Part shown: positions 49,378 through 57,855 of the stretch, in pieces
Numbering within the stretch: position 1 is the first letter of the stretch
Layout: the number at the start of each line of letters is the position of its first letter
Assembly: GCA_016794025.1 (NCBI GenBank)
Contig: JAEUKX010000036.1
Location: 5,225 to 69,224 of the forward strand
From: Rhodospirillales bacterium
GTDB lineage: Bacteria; Pseudomonadota; Alphaproteobacteria; CACIAM-22H2
Reading direction: 5' to 3'
DNA: 64,000 bases
Translations under genes and position numbers: made by a program
Notes under the pieces: generated by a model
Told to the model about the DNA's origin: nothing
Seen by the model: only the letters and a program-made list of their open reading frames with translations
Databases searched by the model: none

Positions 49378-50196
49378 ATGTCCGCCTTCCGTCCCGCCCG
49401 TGGCCCCGAGCTTTTTCTCGCGTCCTCGATTCTCGCCCTCCTGCTGATGCTCGCGCCGGCGGCACGCGCCAACGAGCCGGTCACGGCTCAGGCTGGCGCC
49501 GAGATTTCCGATCCGCTCGAGCCGATGAACCGCTACTTCTTCGAGGTCAACCGCTTCCTCGACGCGATCGCGCTGAAGCCGATGGCTGCATGGTACGGAA
49601 TGTTGCCGCAGGGCGTCCGCACCGGTGCTGGAAATTTCCTCGGCAACCTCCGCAATCCATGGACGGCCGTGAACGACGGCCTTCAGGGTGAGGGCCAGCG
49701 CGCCGGAACCGCGGTCGCCCGCTTCTTCATCAACACGCTCATCGGCTTTTTCGGCGTCTTCGATCCGGCTGCCGACATGGGGCTCAAGCCGCACGAGGAA
49801 GATGCCGGACAGACCTTCGCCCGCTGGGGCGTGGATGACGGTCCGTTCCTGATGCTTCCTGTCTTCGGTCCGTCGAACGGCCGCGATCTGGTAGGCCTCG
49901 TGACGGACTCGGTGCTCGACCCGTTCAATCTCGTCACGCGCGCAAACGATGCCAAGTGGGCGCCGTTCGCGCGCACGGGCACCACGGCGGTCCACAATCG
50001 CGATGCGAACGCGCAGCAGATCGACGATCTGGAGCGCACGGCTACCGATCTCTACGCCACGGTCCGGCGAATCACGGTCGAACGCCGGCGCGCCGAGATT
50101 CGCAATGCGGCGCCCGGGTCCAACACCCCCTCGCCGCGCATGACCGACGCCGAAGAGCCGGTCCGCTCCGGGCCGAGCGCCGAAGTCCCGCGCTGA
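49378..50196 (+). CDS. mlaA: MlaA/VacJ family outer-membrane lipoprotein
   Basis: Signal peptide and conserved MlaA core (…NRYFFEVNRFLD…WGVDDGPFLMLPVFGPSN…). Confidence 0.85.
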   Translation: MSAFRPARGPELFLASSILALLLMLAPAARANEPVTAQAGAEISDPLEPMNRYFFEVNRFLDAIALKPMAAWYGMLPQGVRTGAGNFLGNLRNPWTAVNDGLQGEGQRAGTAVARFFINTLIGFFGVFDPAADMGLKPHEEDAGQTFARWGVDDGPFLMLPVFGPSNGRDLVGLVTDSVLDPFNLVTRANDAKWAPFARTGTTAVHNRDANAQQIDDLERTATDLYATVRRITVERRRAEIRNAAPGSNTPSPRMTDAEEPVRSGPSAEVPR

Positions 50197-50206
50197 GAGC
50201 GGGACA

Positions 50207-50830
50207 ATGGAACGACGCCGTTTCCTGGTCCTCGCAGCTTCAGGCTTGGCCGGACTCGCTTGCGTGCCCGCGCAGGCGCAGAATGCCGTTCCCGACGCGA
50301 AGGCGTTCATCGACAGTCTCGCGCAGCGGGCCATCGACGGCCTGACCGCCAAGGACATAGATGCGGCTGACCGCGCCAAGCGGTTCCGCGAACTTTTCAC
50401 CGAGACTTTCGATGTTCCGGTGATCGGGCGTTTTGCGCTGGGGGCGCCCTGGCGCACGGCAAGCGAATCGGATCGCGCCGACTATCTCAGGGCATTCGAG
50501 GATTATATCGTCGCGACCTATGCGACGCGTTTTGCCGAATACGGCGGCGAGAAGATCCGCACGGTCGGTTCGCGCAAGGGGGACGACGACGAAGCGTTCG
50601 TCGCGTCCGAGTTCGTGCGCGCGCAGGGCGCGCCGGTGCGCGTCGACTGGCGGCTTCGCGCGAACAAGAGCGGCTGGCGGATCATCGACGTGATCATCGA
50701 AGACGTCAGCATGGCGATCACGCAGCGGGACGATTTCTCCGCCACGATCCAGCGCAACGGCGGGAAGCTCTCGGCGCTGATCGACGCACTGAAGAACAAG
50801 ACCGTCAGCGTGAATTCCGGCAAGGGCTGA
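50207..50830 (+). CDS. mlaC: MlaC/Ttg2D family periplasmic phospholipid-binding protein
   Basis: 207 aa with signal peptide, toluene-tolerance Ttg2D fold. Confidence 0.8.
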   Translation: MERRRFLVLAASGLAGLACVPAQAQNAVPDAKAFIDSLAQRAIDGLTAKDIDAADRAKRFRELFTETFDVPVIGRFALGAPWRTASESDRADYLRAFEDYIVATYATRFAEYGGEKIRTVGSRKGDDDEAFVASEFVRAQGAPVRVDWRLRANKSGWRIIDVIIEDVSMAITQRDDFSATIQRNGGKLSALIDALKNKTVSVNSGKG

Positions 50831-50862
50831 CGGGCAGCGCGCCCGGCGCGCCGCCCTATCGG

Positions 50863-52545
50863 TCAGTTCCGCGTCAGCGGCTTGTACTTGATGCGATGCG
50901 GCTGGTCCGCATCGGCGCCGAGACGCCGTTTGCGGTCGGCCTCGTAGTCCTGGTAGTTGCCCTCGAACCACACGACCTGGCTATCGCCCTCGAACGCGAG
51001 GATGTGCGTGGCGATGCGATCGAGAAACCAGCGATCGTGGCTGACGACGAGAACGCAGCCCGAATAGCCGAGCAGCGCCTCTTCGAGCGCACGCAGCGTA
51101 TCGACGTCGAGATCGTTGGTCGGTTCGTCGAGCAGCAGCACGTTCGAACCGGCCTTCAGCATCTTGGCAAGCTGCAGGCGGTTTCGTTCGCCGCCCGAAA
51201 GCACGCCGACCTTCTTCTGCTGGTCGGTACCTTTGAAGTTGAACGAGGCGACATAGGCGCGGCTCTGCACCTTCTTGCCGCCGATCTCGAAGATGTCGTC
51301 CCCGCCCGACACCTCCTCCCACACGGTCTTGTTCGGATCGAGGGAGTCGCGGCTCTGGTCGACATAGCCGAGCTTGACGGTATCGCCGACCGTGAGCGTG
51401 CCGGAATCCGGCTTTTCCTGCCCCATGATCATCCGGAAAAGCGTCGTTTTGCCCGCGCCGTTCGGGCCGATGATGCCCACGATGCCGCCGGCGGGCAGGC
51501 GGAAGTTCAGGTTGTCGATAAGCAGGACGTCGCCGAACCCCTTCGAGAGACTCTCCGCGACGACGACGGTATTGCCCAGTCGCGGACCGGGGGCGATGGC
51601 GATCTGCACGCTTTCCGGCGCGCGGTCGCGTTCCTCGGCGACAAGCGCATCGTAGGCCTGGATACGCGCCTTGTTCTTCGCCTGACGCGCACGCGGGCTT
51701 GCCTTGATCCATTCAAGCTCGCGTTCGAGCGTCTTCTGGCGGTTCGTCTCCTGCTTCTCTTCCTGGGCGAGACGCTTCTGCTTCTGGTCGAGCCACGAGG
51801 AGTAGTTGCCTTCCCACGGGATGCCCTTGCCGCGGTCGAGTTCCAGTATCCAGCCCGCCACGTTGTCGAGGAAGTAGCGGTCGTGCGTGACGGCCACCAC
51901 GCAGCCCGGATATTCGTGCAGGAAGCGCTCCAGCCAGGCCACGGACTCGGCGTCGAGATGGTTAGTCGGCTCGTCGAGCAGCAGCAGATCGGGCTTCTGC
52001 AGGAGCAGGCGGCACAAGGCCACGCGCCGGCGCTCGCCGCCCGAAAGCTTCGTCACGTCGGCGTCGCCCGGCGGGCAGCGCAGCGCGTCCATCGCGATCT
52101 CGATCGTGCGGTTCAGGTCCCAGGCGTCGGCCGCGTCGATCTTTTCCTGCAGCTCCGCCTGCTCGGCGAGGAGCTCGTTCATCTCGTCGTCGTCCGTCAC
52201 CTCGCCGAGCTTGTTCGAGACCTCCTCGAACCTGTCGACCATGGTCTTCAGCGAGCCGAGCCCCTCCATGACGTTCTGCGCGACGGTCTTCTTGGGGTCG
52301 AGCGCCGGTTCCTGCTCGAGATACCCGCACGTGGCGCCCTCGGCGAGGAAATGCTCGCCGGCCGTATCGGTATCGCGGCCGGCCATGATCTTGAGCAGCG
52401 TCGACTTGCCCGCGCCATTGAGACCAAGCACGCCGATCTTCGCGCCGGGAAGGAAGGACAGCCAGATGTCGTCGAGAACCTTCTTGCCCCCCGGATAGAC
52501 CTTCGCGAGGCGCTTCATCACATAGATGTACTGGTAGGCGGCCAT
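50863..52545 (-). CDS. ettA: Energy-dependent translational throttle protein EttA (ABC-F ATPase)
   Basis: Two ABC cassettes with Walker [10 protein letters not shown] / GPNGAGKTT and signature LSGGE motifs. Start MAAYQYIY…. Confidence 0.92.
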   Translation of the reverse strand: MAAYQYIYVMKRLAKVYPGGKKVLDDIWLSFLPGAKIGVLGLNGAGKSTLLKIMAGRDTDTAGEHFLAEGATCGYLEQEPALDPKKTVAQNVMEGLGSLKTMVDRFEEVSNKLGEVTDDDEMNELLAEQAELQEKIDAADAWDLNRTIEIAMDALRCPPGDADVTKLSGGERRRVALCRLLLQKPDLLLLDEPTNHLDAESVAWLERFLHEYPGCVVAVTHDRYFLDNVAGWILELDRGKGIPWEGNYSSWLDQKQKRLAQEEKQETNRQKTLERELEWIKASPRARQAKNKARIQAYDALVAEERDRAPESVQIAIAPGPRLGNTVVVAESLSKGFGDVLLIDNLNFRLPAGGIVGIIGPNGAGKTTLFRMIMGQEKPDSGTLTVGDTVKLGYVDQSRDSLDPNKTVWEEVSGGDDIFEIGGKKVQSRAYVASFNFKGTDQQKKVGVLSGGERNRLQLAKMLKAGSNVLLLDEPTNDLDVDTLRALEEALLGYSGCVLVVSHDRWFLDRIATHILAFEGDSQVVWFEGNYQDYEADRKRRLGADADQPHRIKYKPLTRN

Positions 52546-52610
52546 CTGTCCGTCGTCCTTCCGTATGCGGGAACCCCGGAGATAGCACACCCCGAGACGC
52601 GATCAAGCCT

Positions 52611-53804
52611 TCAGGCGCCCGCCGCGAGGCTTGCGCGCCGGGCGGCATCGGCCCGGAACGCGTCGAGAGATTTAAGGATGTCTTCCCGCCCGATGTCGCG
52701 CGTGATGAAGACGAGCTTCGTGCGCCGGTCGGCATCCGGCCACGCCGGAAGTCGTGCCGGCGGATGGAAGAGATGCTGTACGCCGTGCAGGACGACGGGC
52801 TGATCCTCGCCGGCAACATTCACGATGCCCTTCATGCGCAGCAGGTCGTTGCCGCGCGTCGAGGCAAGGCTTCCCAGCCATGTGGCGACCATGTCCCAGT
52901 CGAGCGGCTCGTCGATCACCAGACAATGGGCACGGATCCGATCGTCGTGCCGGTTCACGTCATGTGCGTGGCCGTGCGCGTGGTCGTGATCGCCGTGATG
53001 ATCGTCATGGTCATGGTCATGGTCATGGTCATGGTCGTGGGCATGGCCGTGCTCCTGACCATGCACGTGGCCCTTGCGGGCGGCATAGGCTTCCTCGTTG
53101 AGCCAGCGGCGGACATCCGCGGTCTTGGTGCCGGGATCGTAAAGGCCCGCATCGAAAAGCTCGCGTGGGTCGGCCTCCCCCATCGCCGCGACGATGACGG
53201 GAGCGGCCGGGTTGATCGTCTTCAGGCGCGCGCGAAGGTGCGCAAGCGCATGGGCGTCCGCGATATCGGTCTTCGTCAGCACCAGACGGTCGGCGACCGC
53301 GATCTGCTTGACGCTCTCGAACTGGACATCGAGCTCCGCCATGGCATTGACCGCATCGACGGTCGTCACGACGCCGTCGAGCCTGTAGTAGGCGGCCAGC
53401 ACCGGATCATCCATCAGCGTATGGAGGATCGGCGCCGGATCGGCCAGACCCGTCGTCTCGATGACAACGCGCTTGAACTCGGGCACCTGGCCGCGCACGC
53501 GCTTCAGATAGAGATCGCGCAGCGCGACCTCCAGATCGCCGCGCACCGTGCAGCAAAGGCAGCCGGCATTCATCTTCACGAACTGGGTCTGCGCACCGGG
53601 ATCGACATGATTGAGCAGTTCGCCCTGCACAAGCAGGTCGTCGAGGCCGATCTCGCCGAACTCGTTGATAATGACCGCCGTTTTCGCCATGCCCGGATGC
53701 CGCAGGAGGTGGCTCAGAAGCGTCGTCTTGCCGCTGCCGAGAAAGCCGGTGAGGACGGAGATCGGGATCGGCGTCCAGCCGCCGGGCGCATTCGGATCGG
53801 TCAT
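52611..53804 (-). CDS. COG0523/CobW-family G3E GTPase metallochaperone with His/Asp-rich tract
   Basis: P-loop GFLGSGKTT, CxCC motif GCLCCT, His-rich stretch HGHAHDHDHDHDHDHDDHHGDHDHAHGHAH. Confidence 0.85.
   Translation of the reverse strand: MTDPNAPGGWTPIPISVLTGFLGSGKTTLLSHLLRHPGMAKTAVIINEFGEIGLDDLLVQGELLNHVDPGAQTQFVKMNAGCLCCTVRGDLEVALRDLYLKRVRGQVPEFKRVVIETTGLADPAPILHTLMDDPVLAAYYRLDGVVTTVDAVNAMAELDVQFESVKQIAVADRLVLTKTDIADAHALAHLRARLKTINPAAPVIVAAMGEADPRELFDAGLYDPGTKTADVRRWLNEEAYAARKGHVHGQEHGHAHDHDHDHDHDHDDHHGDHDHAHGHAHDVNRHDDRIRAHCLVIDEPLDWDMVATWLGSLASTRGNDLLRMKGIVNVAGEDQPVVLHGVQHLFHPPARLPAWPDADRRTKLVFITRDIGREDILKSLDAFRADAARRASLAAGA
53004..53039. repeat. Hexanucleotide microsatellite (GTCATG)x5 encoding the (HD)n tract of the COG0523 gene
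   Basis: Five perfect tandem copies plus degenerate flanking copies read directly. Confidence 0.6.
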
Positions 53805-53853
53805 GGCGCTTCGATAGCATGTGCGCCCGCGGGGCGCTATCCTGCGGCCCGGC

Positions 53854-55179
53854 ATGGACAAACGGGGAATTCCGGCGCTCTGGATCGTGGCGGCAATTGC
53901 CGCCGGGACAGCTCTCTTCGCGGGCCTGTCCTGGAGCCTGTCGCGCGGCGGACAGGTGCCGGGCCATGGTGCACTTGTGCTCGCCGCAGCGCTTGGAACC
54001 GGCTTCGCCGCCGCCATCCTCGCCTTCGCGGCCAGACATGTTCTCGGACACCGGCTTGCCGACGAGATTGCCGCTCGCCACCTCGATGCCGAGCGGCTTG
54101 AAACGGCGCTCGCCGCCCGCGCCGGCGCCGATGCCGAACTTGACCATGATCGCCGCTGGCTATCCGCGATCCTTCGCGACCTTGGCGAGGCCGTCATCGT
54201 TGCATCACCCGACCACCGGATTCTCCTTTTCAACGAGCGCGCGCGCGAGCTTCTTTCCCCCTGCGGGCCGGTGGGCCTGCAGCGGGATCTCGCCGGGCTT
54301 GTCGACGTGGCGCCGATCGCGAACGCGACGCCCGGCGACCACGACATCGAAATCGACCTGCAGCTTTCCGACGGGCGGGGGCCATTCTCCGCACGGATCG
54401 GCTGGGTCGTGTCGCCGGACGGCGTGCGCGAGGCATACGTGGTGTCCCTCGCGGTTCCCCGCTCGGCACGGCGCGCGGCGGATGCGCCCGCACCCCGGCC
54501 GGAGTTCTACGATTTCGACCTTGCGCGCCTGAAGCCCGCCGGCGGCAGCCTCGGCGCGCGGCGGCTGTCGACGCTCACCTATGTCGTTTTCGATCTCGAG
54601 ACGACCGGCCTCGACACGACGAACGACGAGATCGTTTCGATCGGTGCGGTCCGGACGCTCGGGCCGCGTGTCCTCGAAAGCGAAACCTATTCCACGCTCG
54701 TCGATCCCGGCAGACCCATTCCGCCGGCTTCGACCGCGATCCACGGGATCGACGATCGCGCGGTCGCCGGCGCGCCGGGCGTCGTCGAAGCTGTGGCGGG
54801 TTTCGCGCGCTTTGCGAAAGACGCAATCCTCGTGGCGCACAATGCCGCGTTCGATCTTGCCTTCCTGCGGCGCGCGGCGGCGAAAGCCGGCATCGCCGCC
54901 GACCACCCTCCGTTTGATACGCTGATGCTCGCGCGCTGGCTCTTTCCCGACCTCGCCGACCACAGCCTCGACGGGCTCGCCGCAAGGCTCGAGCTGACGA
55001 TCGAGCGGCGCCATTCGGCGCTCGACGATGCGCTCGCGACGGCCGCGATCTTCGCTTGCCTCCTCGGCATCTGCGAACGGCGCGGCATCGCGAGTTACGA
55101 TGCGCTCGTCGAATCCTCGAACATGGCGCTCGAGATCCACGCCGCGGCACGGCGTTTCATCCCAGAAGCCGGCCGGTAA
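53854..55179 (+). CDS. Membrane-anchored PAS-domain protein fused to DEDDh 3'-5' exonuclease (DnaQ/epsilon-like) domain
   Basis: Two N-terminal TM helices, PAS-like segment (…DRRWLSAILRDLGEAVIVASPDHRILLFNERARELL…), exonuclease motifs (VVFDLETTGLD… HNAAFD… HSALDDAL). Confidence 0.75.
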   Translation: MDKRGIPALWIVAAIAAGTALFAGLSWSLSRGGQVPGHGALVLAAALGTGFAAAILAFAARHVLGHRLADEIAARHLDAERLETALAARAGADAELDHDRRWLSAILRDLGEAVIVASPDHRILLFNERARELLSPCGPVGLQRDLAGLVDVAPIANATPGDHDIEIDLQLSDGRGPFSARIGWVVSPDGVREAYVVSLAVPRSARRAADAPAPRPEFYDFDLARLKPAGGSLGARRLSTLTYVVFDLETTGLDTTNDEIVSIGAVRTLGPRVLESETYSTLVDPGRPIPPASTAIHGIDDRAVAGAPGVVEAVAGFARFAKDAILVAHNAAFDLAFLRRAAAKAGIAADHPPFDTLMLARWLFPDLADHSLDGLAARLELTIERRHSALDDALATAAIFACLLGICERRGIASYDALVESSNMALEIHAAARRFIPEAGR

Positions 55180-56608
55180 AGTCCGCCCGTGTCCGGGCAA
55201 GGAAGTCGTCGACGGCGCGCAGCGCCTCGACGAGTGCCGATCGTTCGGCCTTCGAAAGCGAGTCGGGGCGAATAAAATTGTCGGGCCGGCGCCCCTCGCG
55301 GGCATCGGCAAGCTGGGCGCGCAGCATCAGGCGGGTCAGCGTGTCGAACGCGCCGTCGAGGGCTTCCGCATCGGCCGCGCGCAGGGTTTTCTTCGCCGCA
55401 AGGGCCGCGATCCTTGCGCGGGTACCCGTCTCGGCAATGCCGCGCGCGATCGCCTGCAGACGCACCGCCGCCACAAGTGGCATCGTGCCGTTGAGCTTGA
55501 GGTCGATCTCCCCGGCATGCTCCCCCGATCCCTGGGTGGAGAGGCGGCCAAGGAAACCCAGCGCCACATGCAGGCGCCGGTCCTCACCCAGCATCGCGCC
55601 GGCAAATCCGGCATGGCGCGCGAGCGCTTCGGAGACGGTCGCCCGCAGTGCCGCCGCGGGCGCGGGGTCGCCCCAGATCGGCTCGAAATCCAGGAAGATG
55701 TCGGCATAGAGAAGGGCCGCGGGTGTCTTCCTGGCAATCCACGCCGTCACCTGCTCGCGCCACTGCGGCAGGGTCTTGCGCCACATCGGGTTCGACGACA
55801 TCACGTTGCCCTTGCAGAGCTCGAAGCCGACGTCTGCAAGCATCGTCTCGAACCGAACGGCAAGGCCGACGAACCACTCGGTGATCGCGTCATGCCGGTC
55901 GTCGGGATAGTCGCCCAGGATAAAGCCGTGGTCCTGGTCCGGCGCAAGGAAGCTTTCGCCGCGGCCGCCGGACCCCATGATGATCAGCGTGAACGGCACG
56001 GGCGGCGGACCGAACACGGCCAGACATGCGCGCAAGACCATCCGGTGGATGTCGCGGTTGATCTCGGTGACGATCCGCTGGATTTCGGGAGCGGGCAAAC
56101 CGTCGTCGAGCAGTGCCTGCGCAAGCTCGACCTGCGCACGCTTCGCTTCGCGATGGTCCTCGATTCCGTCCTCGAGGGAGCCCAGCACGTCGAGCTCGCG
56201 CATCACCCTGGCGCCGGCCGCCGCCAGCGCATCGGCCCGCGCCACGACACCGAGCGGGCGACCTTCGGCATCGACGACCGGCATGTGGCGCCAGCCACGG
56301 CGGCGCAGCCGCCCGACGACTCTATAGAGGTGCTCGCCGGGCCCGACCGCCGCCGGGTCGCGCGACATGACCGTGGCCAGTGCGGCATCCGGCGCGACGC
56401 GCAGGGCCACTCGCGTGACGATATCGCGCTCGGTCAGCAGACCCGTCAGCCGGCCGGCCGCATCGATGGCCAGCACCGACGAGCTCTTGCTTCGGGCCAT
56501 TGCCGCGAGCGCCTCGTCGATCCTGGCGGCTTCTGCAAGCACGGGGACCTCGCGCATGGCGTCGCCTGCAGTGCCCAGGAATAGCGCCGTGGCTGTCCGA
56601 CCGACCAT
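55157..56608 (-). CDS. CBS-pair / DUF294 nucleotidyltransferase / DUF294_C protein
   Basis: Two CBS motifs followed by GlnD-like NTase signature (GSGGRGE…D.D) and substrate-binding domain. Converges on and overlaps the exonuclease gene by about 23 nt. Confidence 0.8.
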   Translation of the reverse strand: MVGRTATALFLGTAGDAMREVPVLAEAARIDEALAAMARSKSSSVLAIDAAGRLTGLLTERDIVTRVALRVAPDAALATVMSRDPAAVGPGEHLYRVVGRLRRRGWRHMPVVDAEGRPLGVVARADALAAAGARVMRELDVLGSLEDGIEDHREAKRAQVELAQALLDDGLPAPEIQRIVTEINRDIHRMVLRACLAVFGPPPVPFTLIIMGSGGRGESFLAPDQDHGFILGDYPDDRHDAITEWFVGLAVRFETMLADVGFELCKGNVMSSNPMWRKTLPQWREQVTAWIARKTPAALLYADIFLDFEPIWGDPAPAAALRATVSEALARHAGFAGAMLGEDRRLHVALGFLGRLSTQGSGEHAGEIDLKLNGTMPLVAAVRLQAIARGIAETGTRARIAALAAKKTLRAADAEALDGAFDTLTRLMLRAQLADAREGRRPDNFIRPDSLSKAERSALVEALRAVDDFLARTRADFTGRLLG

Positions 56609-56615
56609 GTCCGGC

Positions 56616-57254
56616 CTAGCTCACCGCGACTTCGCGATCCCCGTCGAGCGGCGCGCCGGCGAGCAGTGCAGCGCCGATCCGATCAAACGCGACGCGACGG
56701 CGCAGCTGGCTGGCAAAGCCGACGAGGCCGAAGGCCACGGCATTCCGGACGACATCGAAATCGCCAGCGCGATTGTCGCTGAAGACCGGGAGGGTCGCGA
56801 AGATCGATTTCGCCGAGTCGAGGGTCAGGCGTTCCGGTTCGACCGGCGGCTGGGCCTGCGCAAGGCGGGCGGCGAAAGCGTCGGCCATGTCGCGCCAGCC
56901 GTCCGTCCGATGGTCCGGGACCGGATATTCGCCCAAAATTGCGGCATAGAGCGCGCACATCCGCCCTTCCAAGTCAGCCCGCCCGTCCTGGCAGGCCTCG
57001 GGGATCCGCGCGAACGTCAGCAGCGACATGTCGGCCGCGAGTCGCGCGAAGGTCTCCCACCGGCACCGGCGGAAGACCTCGTTGAAACCCTTGTCGTTAA
57101 AATAGTGCTGCCCGTACCACGCAAGCGTGTTCCGGGAGAATTCGTAGGTCAGCCGCTGCGCGAGCAAGGATGCCTCGCCGCTCAGAAACCGCCGCATTTC
57201 AGATGGATCGGCGATCGGCCGCGCCATCAATGTCCGGATCAACGACGCGAACAT
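56616..57254 (-). CDS. hypothetical protein (212 aa) immediately upstream of the DUF294 gene
   Basis: High GC3. 8-nt gap to the downstream gene. No recognisable domain. Confidence 0.45.
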   Translation of the reverse strand: MFASLIRTLMARPIADPSEMRRFLSGEASLLAQRLTYEFSRNTLAWYGQHYFNDKGFNEVFRRCRWETFARLAADMSLLTFARIPEACQDGRADLEGRMCALYAAILGEYPVPDHRTDGWRDMADAFAARLAQAQPPVEPERLTLDSAKSIFATLPVFSDNRAGDFDVVRNAVAFGLVGFASQLRRRVAFDRIGAALLAGAPLDGDREVAVS

Positions 57255-57566
57255 GTGTATCTGCCGTCACCCTTCCTGCCGCATGGATTTTCAACTTTAT
57301 CCATGTTTCAGAAACTGTTGTCTAGCCAGCGAATCCCATGTTACACGGTGTATCAAGTGCGTCGAAAAGTACGCGCAGAAACAACGTGGGTACACGCCGG
57401 TAAACTGAAAAAAACAGCAAGTCGCCATACCGGGGGGCTCATCGGGCCGACCGGTGTCCCCTGGTAACCAGCGGTCGTGTGCAATCGACCCGGGGTATTT
57501 TCGCCAAAACCGCCAGTCAAAGCGCGTCAGGGCGGAAGATACCTGCGAAACGAGAGGAGACGACGA

Positions 57567-57833
57567 ATGAGCAAGAAACTATCCCCCGACGAGATGAAAG
57601 CCTATTGGAGCCGGACGTCCTCGCTGATGTGGACGCTGCTCGTCCTGTGGCTGTTCTTCGGGTTCATCGTCCACATGTTCGCCCCGCAGCTGAACGGCAT
57701 CCGGATCCTGGGCTTCCCGCTCGGGTTCTACATGGCCGCGCAGGGTTCGCTGATCGCCTTCGTCGTGATGTGCTTCTGGAACGCAAGCGCCCAGAACAAG
57801 ATCGACGAAGAGTTCGGCGTCTCGGACGAATAA
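57567..57833 (+). CDS. DUF4212 small membrane protein (partner of SSS-family transporters)
   Basis: GAGAGGAGA RBS. 88 aa with two TM helices. Precedes an SSS transporter by 22 nt. Confidence 0.8.
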   Translation: MSKKLSPDEMKAYWSRTSSLMWTLLVLWLFFGFIVHMFAPQLNGIRILGFPLGFYMAAQGSLIAFVVMCFWNASAQNKIDEEFGVSDE

Positions 57834-57855
57834 GAAAGAGCGAGGGAGAGCCGAA

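Noticed and set aside
49130-49447. 105-aa and 116-aa track ORFs in the sahR/mlaA divergent region
   Set aside because: They lie in an AT-rich promoter region and overlap the mlaA start. Mixed codon bias. Likely noncoding.
53805-53853. Zur box upstream of the COG0523 metallochaperone
   Set aside because: Region is GC-rich with only a GATAGC…GCTATC repeat and no AT-rich Zur-like palindrome. Cannot exclude it without a clade-specific matrix.
56608-57254. Possibility that the 212-aa ORF is the frameshifted N-terminal (cNMP-binding) part of the DUF294 protein
   Set aside because: Different frame with an 8-nt gap. No FGE/RxA cNMP-binding motifs. The DUF294 protein already has two CBS domains from its own start.
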